A stretch of DNA of 64,000 nucleotides from Elusimicrobiota bacterium (GCA_003557485.1 PWOI01000130.1:2935-66934); one strand, 5' to 3'. Positions 19,061 through 26,548 are shown, counted from the stretch's first letter. Program-made: numbers and translations. Notes: generated by a model not told the origin, from the sequence alone.

Positions 19061-19089
19061 ATTTTAAAACATACGGACTTTAAAGTCAA
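19061..19089 (-). promoter_or_regulatory. sigma70-type promoter of the SbcD/SbcC-like operon (TTGACT-17-TAAAAT), only 6 nt from the ATG
   Basis: Minus strand: TTGACT (19089-19084), 17-nt spacer, TAAAAT (19066-19061), then GCATTT and the ATG at 19054. No Shine-Dalgarno in between. Confidence 0.6.
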
Positions 19090-19116
19090 AAAAACACGCC
19101 CATCCTTTTTTCCCGG

Positions 19117-19145
19117 TTGACGAAAAGTAAGGCAGAAGTTATAAT
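19117..19145 (+). promoter_or_regulatory. near-consensus sigma70 promoter of the OB-fold operon (TTGACG-17-TATAAT)
   Basis: TTGACG at 19117-19122, 17-nt spacer, TATAAT at 19140-19145. The TTG the ORF track uses as a start is the -35 box. Confidence 0.7.
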
Positions 19146-19188
19146 TTTTATAGTACGCTCAGGCAAAGCTAAACAGGAGTATAAAAAA

Positions 19189-20445
19189 ATGACTCAGGAA
19201 AACATTAACCCTCCCAAAGACAAGTCCGGTGAAATAAAGGGCTCCGGATCTTACGAGTCCAACTGCCAGGTCTGCGGATATTATGTAGGGGCATCTTCAG
19301 TGTGCCACCGGTGCGGCGCCGGAACTAAGACAAGAACATCCATAAGAACGGTAAGGCTTGTTGCTCTTATCGGCTCCATAATCGGAGTAATTCTTCTCTG
19401 GGTGGCCGCATTTATTAAACAGCCTGATTTTATAAATATAGGTGATATCACGCCTACCATGAATAATGCGCTGGTAGTAATTGAAGGAAGTGTTGTAGAA
19501 TCAATACAGGATACCGAAACAAATACCTTCCGTATGACTGTATCAGACAATACCGGCAATATACGCATAAACGCCTTCAACCATCTTGAAAGTTTCCGCA
19601 GACATTTTGACGGCCGCCTTCCTTCTGTCGGTGATACTGTCAGCGTAACGGGTGCCCTCAATATTACCCAGGCCTGGGGAGCGGCTATGTTTCTCAGTAT
19701 ACCGGAAAGAGTGCGCGTCATTGAAAAATTTGAAATGAAGGAAATCCCGATAGGAGATATAACAGTTGGCCATTCGGGACAGCTGTTCCGCATTTCCGCT
19801 GAAGTGGCTGATTATGAACCGGGTCAAACCCGCGCCGGAGATCCGATGCACAGGATAACATTCCGCGACAATACGGGAAGAATATCTATGGTCCTCTGGG
19901 ACAACCAGTTTCAAGCTCTTTCCGAAGAAGCCCGGAAAGCAATCTCAAGGCCTGGAAGCAGGCTTAAACTTGCTGTCCGAGGAAGCGCTTTCCGGGACGA
20001 ACCCCAGATTGAATTAATTGATCCGGAATCCCCGGATATGGCAGAGGTAGTAAGCATATCCGATACTGAGCTGCCGGCTCCAAGTCGCGTCTCTCCCCTC
20101 GACCGGCTTAACTCAATGAAAATAGGCGACATAACAACCGCCCACGCGGGCAGAACTTTTAAGATAACGGTGACTGTAGAAGAGTACGAACTGGGACAGA
20201 CCCGGGCCGGGGACCCGATGCACAGGGTAACGCTGGGAGATGAAACGGATATTATATCAATGGTTATATGGGCAACCCAGTTTGACTCCCTGCCCGGCAA
20301 TGCCCGGGGAGCTTTTACAACCAAGGGCAGCAAGCTCACAATAGCTGTAGAGGGAGGTGAATTCAGGGGGCAGCCTCAGGTCTCTCTTATGGACGCTTCT
20401 GATCCGGAAACGATAAAAGTCCTGAGTGTAGGAGAGGGACGCTGA
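19189..20445 (+). CDS. Zn-ribbon / single-TM / triple OB-fold-like repeat protein
   Basis: Start at the ATG at 19189 after an AGGAG. CQVC-x9-CHRC zinc ribbon, TM helix LVALIGSIIGVILLWVAAFI, then three units each starting IGDIT (19438, 19750, 20122). Units 2 and 3 share GQTRAGDPMHR[IV]T. Confidence 0.7.
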   Translation: MTQENINPPKDKSGEIKGSGSYESNCQVCGYYVGASSVCHRCGAGTKTRTSIRTVRLVALIGSIIGVILLWVAAFIKQPDFINIGDITPTMNNALVVIEGSVVESIQDTETNTFRMTVSDNTGNIRINAFNHLESFRRHFDGRLPSVGDTVSVTGALNITQAWGAAMFLSIPERVRVIEKFEMKEIPIGDITVGHSGQLFRISAEVADYEPGQTRAGDPMHRITFRDNTGRISMVLWDNQFQALSEEARKAISRPGSRLKLAVRGSAFRDEPQIELIDPESPDMAEVVSISDTELPAPSRVSPLDRLNSMKIGDITTAHAGRTFKITVTVEEYELGQTRAGDPMHRVTLGDETDIISMVIWATQFDSLPGNARGAFTTKGSKLTIAVEGGEFRGQPQVSLMDASDPETIKVLSVGEGR

Positions 20446-20446
20446 A

Positions 20447-21868
20447 ATGATCTATTATTATATACCGGTTATTACATTCTATGTACTGCTGGGAACTCTG
20501 GCCGGGGCAATACTCTGTTTTATTCCCGCACTTCATATATATAACGTAGCGGGAATCGCGATAGTTGCATGGCTGACCGCCCGGCACCTGGTTCCTTATT
20601 ACGCAGTAGCTCCGTTTTTCATGTCTCTTGTCGTAGCGTTTTCCTTTATGAATACCATACCGATGACTTTTTTCAATACTGTAGACGAATCAGCCGGAGC
20701 AACTCTGCTGCCTTCAAATGCAATGGTAATGAGGGGAAGGGGAACAGAAGCGGCCATAATGAGCGGACTGGGAACTTTAATGGGAGCTTTTCTTCTAATC
20801 GCCCTTACTCCTTTCTTTTTTTATATATGGCCTTACCTCGCTGTTATTTTCGGAGGACACCTTCACTGGATACTGGGCCTTGTGATAGTACACTATATAA
20901 TGAGCGAATGGCCCAAAGGCGCGGGACGCGGCAAGACGCCTTTCAAAAGATGGGCGGAAGCCTGCAGGAACTGCTTTGCCGGAATGCTGACCTTTTTTCT
21001 TGCTGCGGTTTTCGGGCTTATATTTTTAACCAAACCTATTCTTCCCCCTGAACTTGCTTTTCAGAATATTATGCCGGTTTTTGTCGGTTTTTTTGCTGTA
21101 CCTTCAATAATCCAGTCTCTTCTTTCAAAGTTTAAGCCCCCACAACAGTACAAACCAAAAAGCATAAACGCAGACTGGAAGGATTTTTCTTACGGACTTC
21201 TGCCCGGTTTTGTAGGAGGAATGCTTGCGGCTTACCTTCCGGCTGTAACAGCCGGCATAGGAGCAATGCTGGCCGGACATACAACCAATCACCGCAACCT
21301 GGACAGGGCAAGGTTCCGGGCGCCGCTGGAAGAAGGTGAAATAATACACCTTGAAACCCCCGAAATGTATTACAGGCAGGAGCGCAACTTCTTAATTGCA
21401 GGAGGAGTCGGAAAAATACTTTATTATGTCGGCGCTTTTCTTCTGCTGTTTACCATAACAGAGCTTACTCCCTACGGAACCGGCCGGGGCGGCCTTGCTT
21501 TCATACTAAGGCCGGTCTTTTCAGCCGAGCCCGGTGACTTCTTTGTGATGGCATCTACAATAGTATTCAGCGGCTCCATTGCCTTCCTGATGCTAATTAA
21601 AGGTTCTCGCATAGCAGCTGAAATATCCCCTAAAATAAATATTACGGTTATGTATTCGCTGGTTTTGATAGCACTTTCTGCAATAGTTTATTTCATTGCA
21701 GGAGGATGGATAGGAATAGCGATTATGGCTGCCACAACCTGTATAGGAATGATACCGGTTTTCTACGGCTGCCGCAGGAGCCACTGTATGGCGGTGCTTC
21801 TGGTTCCTATAGCTCTCAATATGGCCGGTTACGGCGAAAGCATAGCCCGGCTGCTGGGACTGGTATAA
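20447..21868 (+). CDS. polytopic membrane protein, TctA/DUF112-like (tentative)
   Basis: About 12 hydrophobic segments. Gly/Pro-rich motif in both halves (LGTLAGAILCFIPAL; LPGFVGGMLAAYLPAVTAGIGAML) resembles the internal repeat of the TctA large subunit. ATG lies 1 nt after the upstream stop. Confidence 0.55.
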   Translation: MIYYYIPVITFYVLLGTLAGAILCFIPALHIYNVAGIAIVAWLTARHLVPYYAVAPFFMSLVVAFSFMNTIPMTFFNTVDESAGATLLPSNAMVMRGRGTEAAIMSGLGTLMGAFLLIALTPFFFYIWPYLAVIFGGHLHWILGLVIVHYIMSEWPKGAGRGKTPFKRWAEACRNCFAGMLTFFLAAVFGLIFLTKPILPPELAFQNIMPVFVGFFAVPSIIQSLLSKFKPPQQYKPKSINADWKDFSYGLLPGFVGGMLAAYLPAVTAGIGAMLAGHTTNHRNLDRARFRAPLEEGEIIHLETPEMYYRQERNFLIAGGVGKILYYVGAFLLLFTITELTPYGTGRGGLAFILRPVFSAEPGDFFVMASTIVFSGSIAFLMLIKGSRIAAEISPKINITVMYSLVLIALSAIVYFIAGGWIGIAIMAATTCIGMIPVFYGCRRSHCMAVLLVPIALNMAGYGESIARLLGLV

Positions 21869-21871
21869 GCC

Positions 21872-23026
21872 GTGAAGGGGTTAACCCATTTTGTTTCCGG
21901 AGTTGCGGCGGCAACATTTATTCCGCAGGTTGTCAGGATGTCTGCAGCGGGAAGAATGGATGTCACCGGCGCGGCGTCAAGTTTTATAATAGTCCTGGCG
22001 GGAATGTACGGCATAATGCCCGACACACTTGATTTTAAAGTCGGTCAATTTTTTGACAAACCAGACATAATTGTCGACCCCGACCCTCTTGATCCCGACC
22101 CAAAGGAGATGGCCCAAAAGTTTGCAGAAGCCGTAAGCCGTTCGGCGCGTGAAGGACGTATGATAAAAATACAGTATATGCCTATACAGCTAGGGGCCAA
22201 CCGCTGGAGACAGTATCTCATCATATTCGGTGAAAAAGAAGTCAGCGTTCAGATTAACGAGGTTGTCAGCACTTCACAGATACCATACCAGGGAACTGCG
22301 CCTGACCCGGAAAAACGTTCCGCCACAGTTCCTCTAAGTCACAGGATAAAACCAACATCCTGTGATACCGACACCCTTAACAGGCTGGTCAGGAAAACCA
22401 GAAGATTTCTCAAGGGGGGAGAAAAAGAAAAAACTACCGTAAAGCCCTCTACTATAGATATCCTTTCCGGCACCACTTTCGGACTAAAAATGGAGTCAGA
22501 CGGTGATATTTATTTTGACTGGCTTCCGTGGCACCGGACCTGGAGCCACAGTTATATACTGGGTCTGATGCTTGCCGCGCCCTGGGCGCTGGCGGCCTAC
22601 CTTTTTAAACTTGATATGTGGTGGATGTACGGAGTTGTGGCATTCCTGGGTTTTGCAGTGCACATTACAGAGGATATGACCGGCCACATAGGGGGATCGC
22701 TTCTATGGCCCTTTTTAAAACCCAGGACGGAAGGTTTTGAAATGTTTAAGGCATCGGACCCCAGAACCAATTTCAGCATTATATACGCAGGTTTCATTCT
22801 TATAGTTTTCAACCTCGACAGGTTCACTACAAACCTACTTACCGGGGGACCTGAATCGATATGGAGCTGGTGGTCCTTCCTCCTGGTTTTTCTTATTCTT
22901 CCTCTTGCCGTTTATTTTAAAATAGCAGCAAGAATATTAAAAAGGATAAAAAAAAGGGAAGCCGGACTCAAATTTACCCGCGAGGAAGAAGAACCTGACG
23001 GGACAGGGGATCCTGTCATAGACTGA
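21872..23026 (+). CDS. membrane-bound metal-dependent hydrolase, YdjM/DUF457-like, with ~170-aa soluble insertion
   Basis: GTG start 3 nt after the upstream stop. MKGLTHFVSGVAAATF at the N-terminus and HITEDMTGHIGGSLLWPF in the C-terminal membrane part. The central region (aa ~60-230) is hydrophilic. Confidence 0.6.
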   Translation: MKGLTHFVSGVAAATFIPQVVRMSAAGRMDVTGAASSFIIVLAGMYGIMPDTLDFKVGQFFDKPDIIVDPDPLDPDPKEMAQKFAEAVSRSAREGRMIKIQYMPIQLGANRWRQYLIIFGEKEVSVQINEVVSTSQIPYQGTAPDPEKRSATVPLSHRIKPTSCDTDTLNRLVRKTRRFLKGGEKEKTTVKPSTIDILSGTTFGLKMESDGDIYFDWLPWHRTWSHSYILGLMLAAPWALAAYLFKLDMWWMYGVVAFLGFAVHITEDMTGHIGGSLLWPFLKPRTEGFEMFKASDPRTNFSIIYAGFILIVFNLDRFTTNLLTGGPESIWSWWSFLLVFLILPLAVYFKIAARILKRIKKREAGLKFTREEEEPDGTGDPVID

Positions 23027-23043
23027 TCCCCTGTCCGGTTAAT

Positions 23044-23484
23044 TTACCGGGCCAGATTCTGCCGGCCTATATAGTTGCCGTGCAGGTTGCAGTGTGAAAC
23101 AACAGCCAGTTCTCCTTCTGAAGTCTTGAGATGAAGGGATACTGCCGGATTCATATGTGCCGGATCAAATTTAATCCGGGATATGAACTCATTGTCCAGA
23201 TACAGATCAACAAACATAATCCAGTGTTTGTCCGGCTCCATAGGATGGAGTGTGCTTCCCACTTTTATATGGGCGTCAACACAGCCTTCAGCCATAGAAC
23301 AATCACCGCTTAAGGTAATCTCCGGGACATGTTTCTCTTTTAGTCCGGATTCGTCAGCATCCGTTTTTAAGGCGTCTTCCTGTTCTTCAAACTGGCTTGC
23401 CGGCGCGCCGCACTGTGGGCACTTTTCCGGAGGAGCATCTTTGAGCTCAACATATCCGCACATTTTGCATACAAATTTTTTCAT
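23044..23484 (-). CDS. superoxide reductase with N-terminal rubredoxin-type zinc ribbon
   Basis: N-terminus CKMCG...CPQCG. SOR core with EKHVPEI, HPMEPDKHWIMFVDLY and SHCNLHG (all Fe ligands present). Confidence 0.8.
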   Translation of the reverse strand: MKKFVCKMCGYVELKDAPPEKCPQCGAPASQFEEQEDALKTDADESGLKEKHVPEITLSGDCSMAEGCVDAHIKVGSTLHPMEPDKHWIMFVDLYLDNEFISRIKFDPAHMNPAVSLHLKTSEGELAVVSHCNLHGNYIGRQNLAR

Positions 23485-23501
23485 TTTGTTTCTCCTAATT
23501 T

Positions 23502-24077
23502 TTACCAGTTTTCGCAGAGCGCTTCAAAATGGGCCTGGGGATGTGCGCAAGCGGGACATTTCTGGACAGCTTCATCTCCTTCGTGAACATATCCGCAGTT
23601 AAGGCATCTCCATGTTAAGCTCTGGTCTTTTTTGAAAACTTTTCCGTTTTCAATATTTGCCGCAAGCGCCCTGTATCGTTTTTCGTGCTGTTTTTCGGCA
23701 ACGGCTATTGATTCCATCGCAGACGCTATTTCTTCAAAACCCTCTTCCCTTGCTGTGTCTGCAAAAGAGGGGTACATTTCAGTCCACTCATGATTTTCTC
23801 CATCTGCAGCGGCCTTAAGATTTTCAACGGTGCTTTTAATTTCACCTGCAGGAAATCCGGCCGTTATTTCAACTTCTCCGCCTTTGAGAAACTTGAAGAG
23901 CCTTTTGGCGTGTTCTCTCTCCTGGTTGGCAGTCTCCTCAAAAATTTCAGACATCTGCCTGTATCCTTCCTTTCTAGCTACAGATGAATAATAGGTGTAG
24001 CGGTTACGCGCCTGTGACTCACCTGAGAATGCTTTCAGCAGGTTTTTTTCCGTTTCGGTTCCTTTTAATGAACTCAT
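23502..24077 (-). CDS. rbr: rubrerythrin
   Basis: Ferritin-like diiron domain ([25 protein letters not shown]; [10 protein letters not shown]; EKQHEKRY) plus C-terminal rubredoxin-like [12 protein letters not shown]...CPACAHP. Confidence 0.92.
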   Translation of the reverse strand: MSSLKGTETEKNLLKAFSGESQARNRYTYYSSVARKEGYRQMSEIFEETANQEREHAKRLFKFLKGGEVEITAGFPAGEIKSTVENLKAAADGENHEWTEMYPSFADTAREEGFEEIASAMESIAVAEKQHEKRYRALAANIENGKVFKKDQSLTWRCLNCGYVHEGDEAVQKCPACAHPQAHFEALCENW

Positions 24078-24127
24078 TTCAGTCCTCCTTCTTTCTTTTT
24101 AACTTCTTCCGTCATAACCTTAAGTTC

Positions 24128-24550
24128 CTATTTTTCACTTTCTCTGCAATTGCGGCACTGCCCCCTGAAATAACCCTGAATACTGTCTATGGCATGCCCT
24201 TCTATATCCTTTTTTCTGAAGAAAGATGGCATTATATCCAGATCATAAACTATGCCGCATATATCACATACAAAATGAAAATGAGGATCAGGGTTTGAAT
24301 CAAAACCGGCCAATCCCTCAGAAACCGTTAACTTCATAGCAAGTCCTTTTTCGGCAAATAGGTTAAGTGTATTATATACTGATGTTTTTGAAAGAACCGG
24401 AAGTTCTTCCTTTAAATCTCTGTATACAGTATCCACCCCGGGATGATCAGTATTATTTTCAAGGTACTCAAGGATCTTAAGCCTTATGAGAGTTGGGGAT
24501 ATGTCCCTGTTTTTAAGTTTTTCTTTAAATCTTTCCATTTTTGTATTCAT
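24128..24550 (-). CDS. perR: Fur-family transcriptional regulator, PerR-like
   Basis: Winged-helix N-domain (ISPTLIRLKILEYL...HPGVDTVYRDL...SKTSVYNTLNLF) and C-terminal HFHFVCDICG...CRNC. First gene of an operon with rbr and SOR, so the peroxide-regulator assignment is inferred from context. Confidence 0.75.
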   Translation of the reverse strand: MNTKMERFKEKLKNRDISPTLIRLKILEYLENNTDHPGVDTVYRDLKEELPVLSKTSVYNTLNLFAEKGLAMKLTVSEGLAGFDSNPDPHFHFVCDICGIVYDLDIMPSFFRKKDIEGHAIDSIQGYFRGQCRNCRESEK

Positions 24551-24558
24551 TACAGTTT

Positions 24559-24587
24559 TATATACAAAACTCCCGTTGTTTTGTCAA
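24559..24587 (-). promoter_or_regulatory. sigma70-type promoter of the perR-rbr-sor operon (TTGACA-17-TATATA) with embedded 7-7-7 inverted repeat
   Basis: Minus strand: TTGACA (24587-24582), 17-nt spacer, TATATA (24564-24559), 8 nt to the ATG at 24550. ACAAAAC-N7-GTTTTGT at 24564-24584 fills the spacer. Confidence 0.6.
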
Positions 24588-24611
24588 GCGCATTGCATAA
24601 AGAATCAGGAT

Positions 24612-25778
24612 TCAGGAAAGAATTTCTTCGGCGCAGGACTTATAAAATGCATCCCTCTCCGAGGGATCCGGTAATTCTTTTCTTTCAACTACCGTAACAT
24701 TCGGGCCCTCGGGCCTGTCAAAGGACTGTTCAACAAAAAGTTTAACAACTCCGGCCGGAACAGCATAAAGTATGTCAAAAGGATCCTGCTGTTTTTTTCC
24801 GGATGAAATTTCTTTTGTTCTTTCAAGGGTGCGCAGATAGTTGTTTTTTATCATTTCAAGTATTCCGGCAACCTTAACGGAGTATTTTGAAAGATCCATT
24901 TCCTTTATATCGTTTTCCCAGAGATTTACTGATTTAAGTTCTTCGAGCTCTTCCCTGTTAAGATCAAACGGCGGCTCGAAATAAACTATCCTGATATCGT
25001 AAGGTATTCCCTGAAAGAGCGGGTCGTTATCCTCCATAGTAATAGGAGAACGATATTCAAGATCCGTATTAACGCCGTTATAAAAAACGCTGTATCCCCG
25101 GGAAATGTAAAGGTCAACCAGCCTGTTCACTACCCACCAGGAAAGACAGCTTTCCCAGGATGTAAAACACGGCCCGAATTCTTTGAAAAGCAGGTAGCGT
25201 ATATTATCGCAGGATATATTAACGACATTCGGAAGCTGGCGGTAGAGAGTTGATTTTCCGCAGCCGGCAGCGCCTACCGGCATAATCAATACAGGATTGT
25301 CCGAAGTAAGAGTCTCTTTATCCCAAGCAGGATTGGTTTTGAGAGACATTCTTATCAGATCTTTTATATGTTTTTCCCCTTTCTTAATCAGGTTTTTAAG
25401 TTTAAATCCTGTGACCTGGGCCTCTACAACAGCAAGATAGGTATTTATTATATGGTATGGACTCAGCTTAAAGCAGAAGTCATATTTTTTCATTTCTTTA
25501 AGGGCGCTGTCGAAATCCGGCTCATTTTTTATCAGGTATCTGCCTTCCGGCTCATTAACGGCAAAAACAGGTGAGCCGTAAACATTCTTTGCTTCTTTAA
25601 GTTTCTCAAGCGTATTCCCTTCACTGTAAAAAGCAGCAGTAATTTCTTTCAGGGATATATAAATATCGCTTTTAAAAAGCTTAGAGTTTCCGTCGGCCAG
25701 AACGCTTTTTAATTTATCAAGCCCATAAACTTCGGCAAGTTTTTTCAGTATTCCGGTTGTTCTTTCATCTGTTTCCAT
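24612..25778 (-). CDS. P-loop kinase-like protein (AAA_33/polynucleotide-kinase-like core) with unassigned N- and C-terminal domains
   Basis: Walker A IMPVGAAGCGKSTLYRQL followed by ISCDNIRYLLF. Start moved to the ATG at 25778, preceded by GGAGG. Flanking ~180-aa and ~130-aa regions have no motif I recognise. Confidence 0.55.
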   Translation of the reverse strand: METDERTTGILKKLAEVYGLDKLKSVLADGNSKLFKSDIYISLKEITAAFYSEGNTLEKLKEAKNVYGSPVFAVNEPEGRYLIKNEPDFDSALKEMKKYDFCFKLSPYHIINTYLAVVEAQVTGFKLKNLIKKGEKHIKDLIRMSLKTNPAWDKETLTSDNPVLIMPVGAAGCGKSTLYRQLPNVVNISCDNIRYLLFKEFGPCFTSWESCLSWWVVNRLVDLYISRGYSVFYNGVNTDLEYRSPITMEDNDPLFQGIPYDIRIVYFEPPFDLNREELEELKSVNLWENDIKEMDLSKYSVKVAGILEMIKNNYLRTLERTKEISSGKKQQDPFDILYAVPAGVVKLFVEQSFDRPEGPNVTVVERKELPDPSERDAFYKSCAEEILS

Positions 25779-25876
25779 GTTAACCTCCGGTTTCCATAAC
25801 AATAAAACACCCCTTAGGGGAGGCAGCTAAAAAGCCTCTTTTAAAAAATAACAGTGATTTGAATTGGGCCTGATTT

Positions 25877-26347
25877 TTAAATCTGAGGCGAAGAGGTATC
25901 TTCTTCCTTCTTTTCTTCTCCGGACTGTTCTGCTGCCGGTTCAACAGCGGGAGTAGCGGGTGTTTCTTCCGCCGAAGGTTTCTGCGGTTCTGATGCCTGC
26001 GAAGCTATCTCATCGGCTTTTGACATTAAAGTTCCCTCAACGAAATCTCCTGCAACGGGAACCATATATTTTTCACCCTTGAAGGCTTTTATCATTAAAA
26101 ATATCCATAAAAACAGTGAGAGGAACATAATAAGAAGAGCTATAAGGCCCCCTATTATCGGAACTAATCCTATAAATATACTTATAATCCACAGTCCCAG
26201 GAAAACAACAAGCGACTGCAATGCATGAAACTTAACAAACTTGTTATCTCTTTCAATAGCAAACATTATTATGCCGCTAAAAAAACCGAAAACGTAACAA
26301 AGAAGTCCCGCTACATTTTCTTCAAGACCAATTTTTGTTTTAGCCAT
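25877..26347 (-). CDS. DUF4870-like small membrane protein with Pro/Glu/Ala-rich tail
   Basis: LLCYVFGFFSGIIMFAIERDNKFVKFHALQSLVVF pattern, three or four TM helices, acidic low-complexity C-terminus. Confidence 0.6.
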   Translation of the reverse strand: MAKTKIGLEENVAGLLCYVFGFFSGIIMFAIERDNKFVKFHALQSLVVFLGLWIISIFIGLVPIIGGLIALLIMFLSLFLWIFLMIKAFKGEKYMVPVAGDFVEGTLMSKADEIASQASEPQKPSAEETPATPAVEPAAEQSGEEKKEEDTSSPQI

Positions 26348-26548
26348 TACCTTCCTCCCTTTTCAAAAACGCTTCCATTAAACTGCTAATACCTGTTTTT
26401 TAATACTATATTTACACTGAAAAATCAAGTTGTTGTCAGCGCAAAGCCGGTTTGAGCAAAATAGAAATGTCCGGTCTTGAAGAATTTTTTAAATTTGATA
26501 TTATTTATAATAGGATAAATAGACAAGTATGGGGGGAAGGAGTTCCTA

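Noticed and set aside
19117-19188. ORF-track start (TTG at 19117) for the OB-fold protein, adding 24 N-terminal residues
   Set aside because: That TTG is the first base of a TTGACG-17-TATAAT promoter. The ATG at 19189 follows an AGGAG Shine-Dalgarno, and the extension (MTKSKAEVIIFIVRSGKAKQEYKK) has no homology value.
19281-20339. Three minus-strand ORFs (170, 123 and 142 aa) inside the OB-fold gene
   Set aside because: They are antisense to a gene with clear domain structure and repeats. Their translations are Ser/Pro/Arg-rich and low-complexity. No promoter or Shine-Dalgarno signals were seen.
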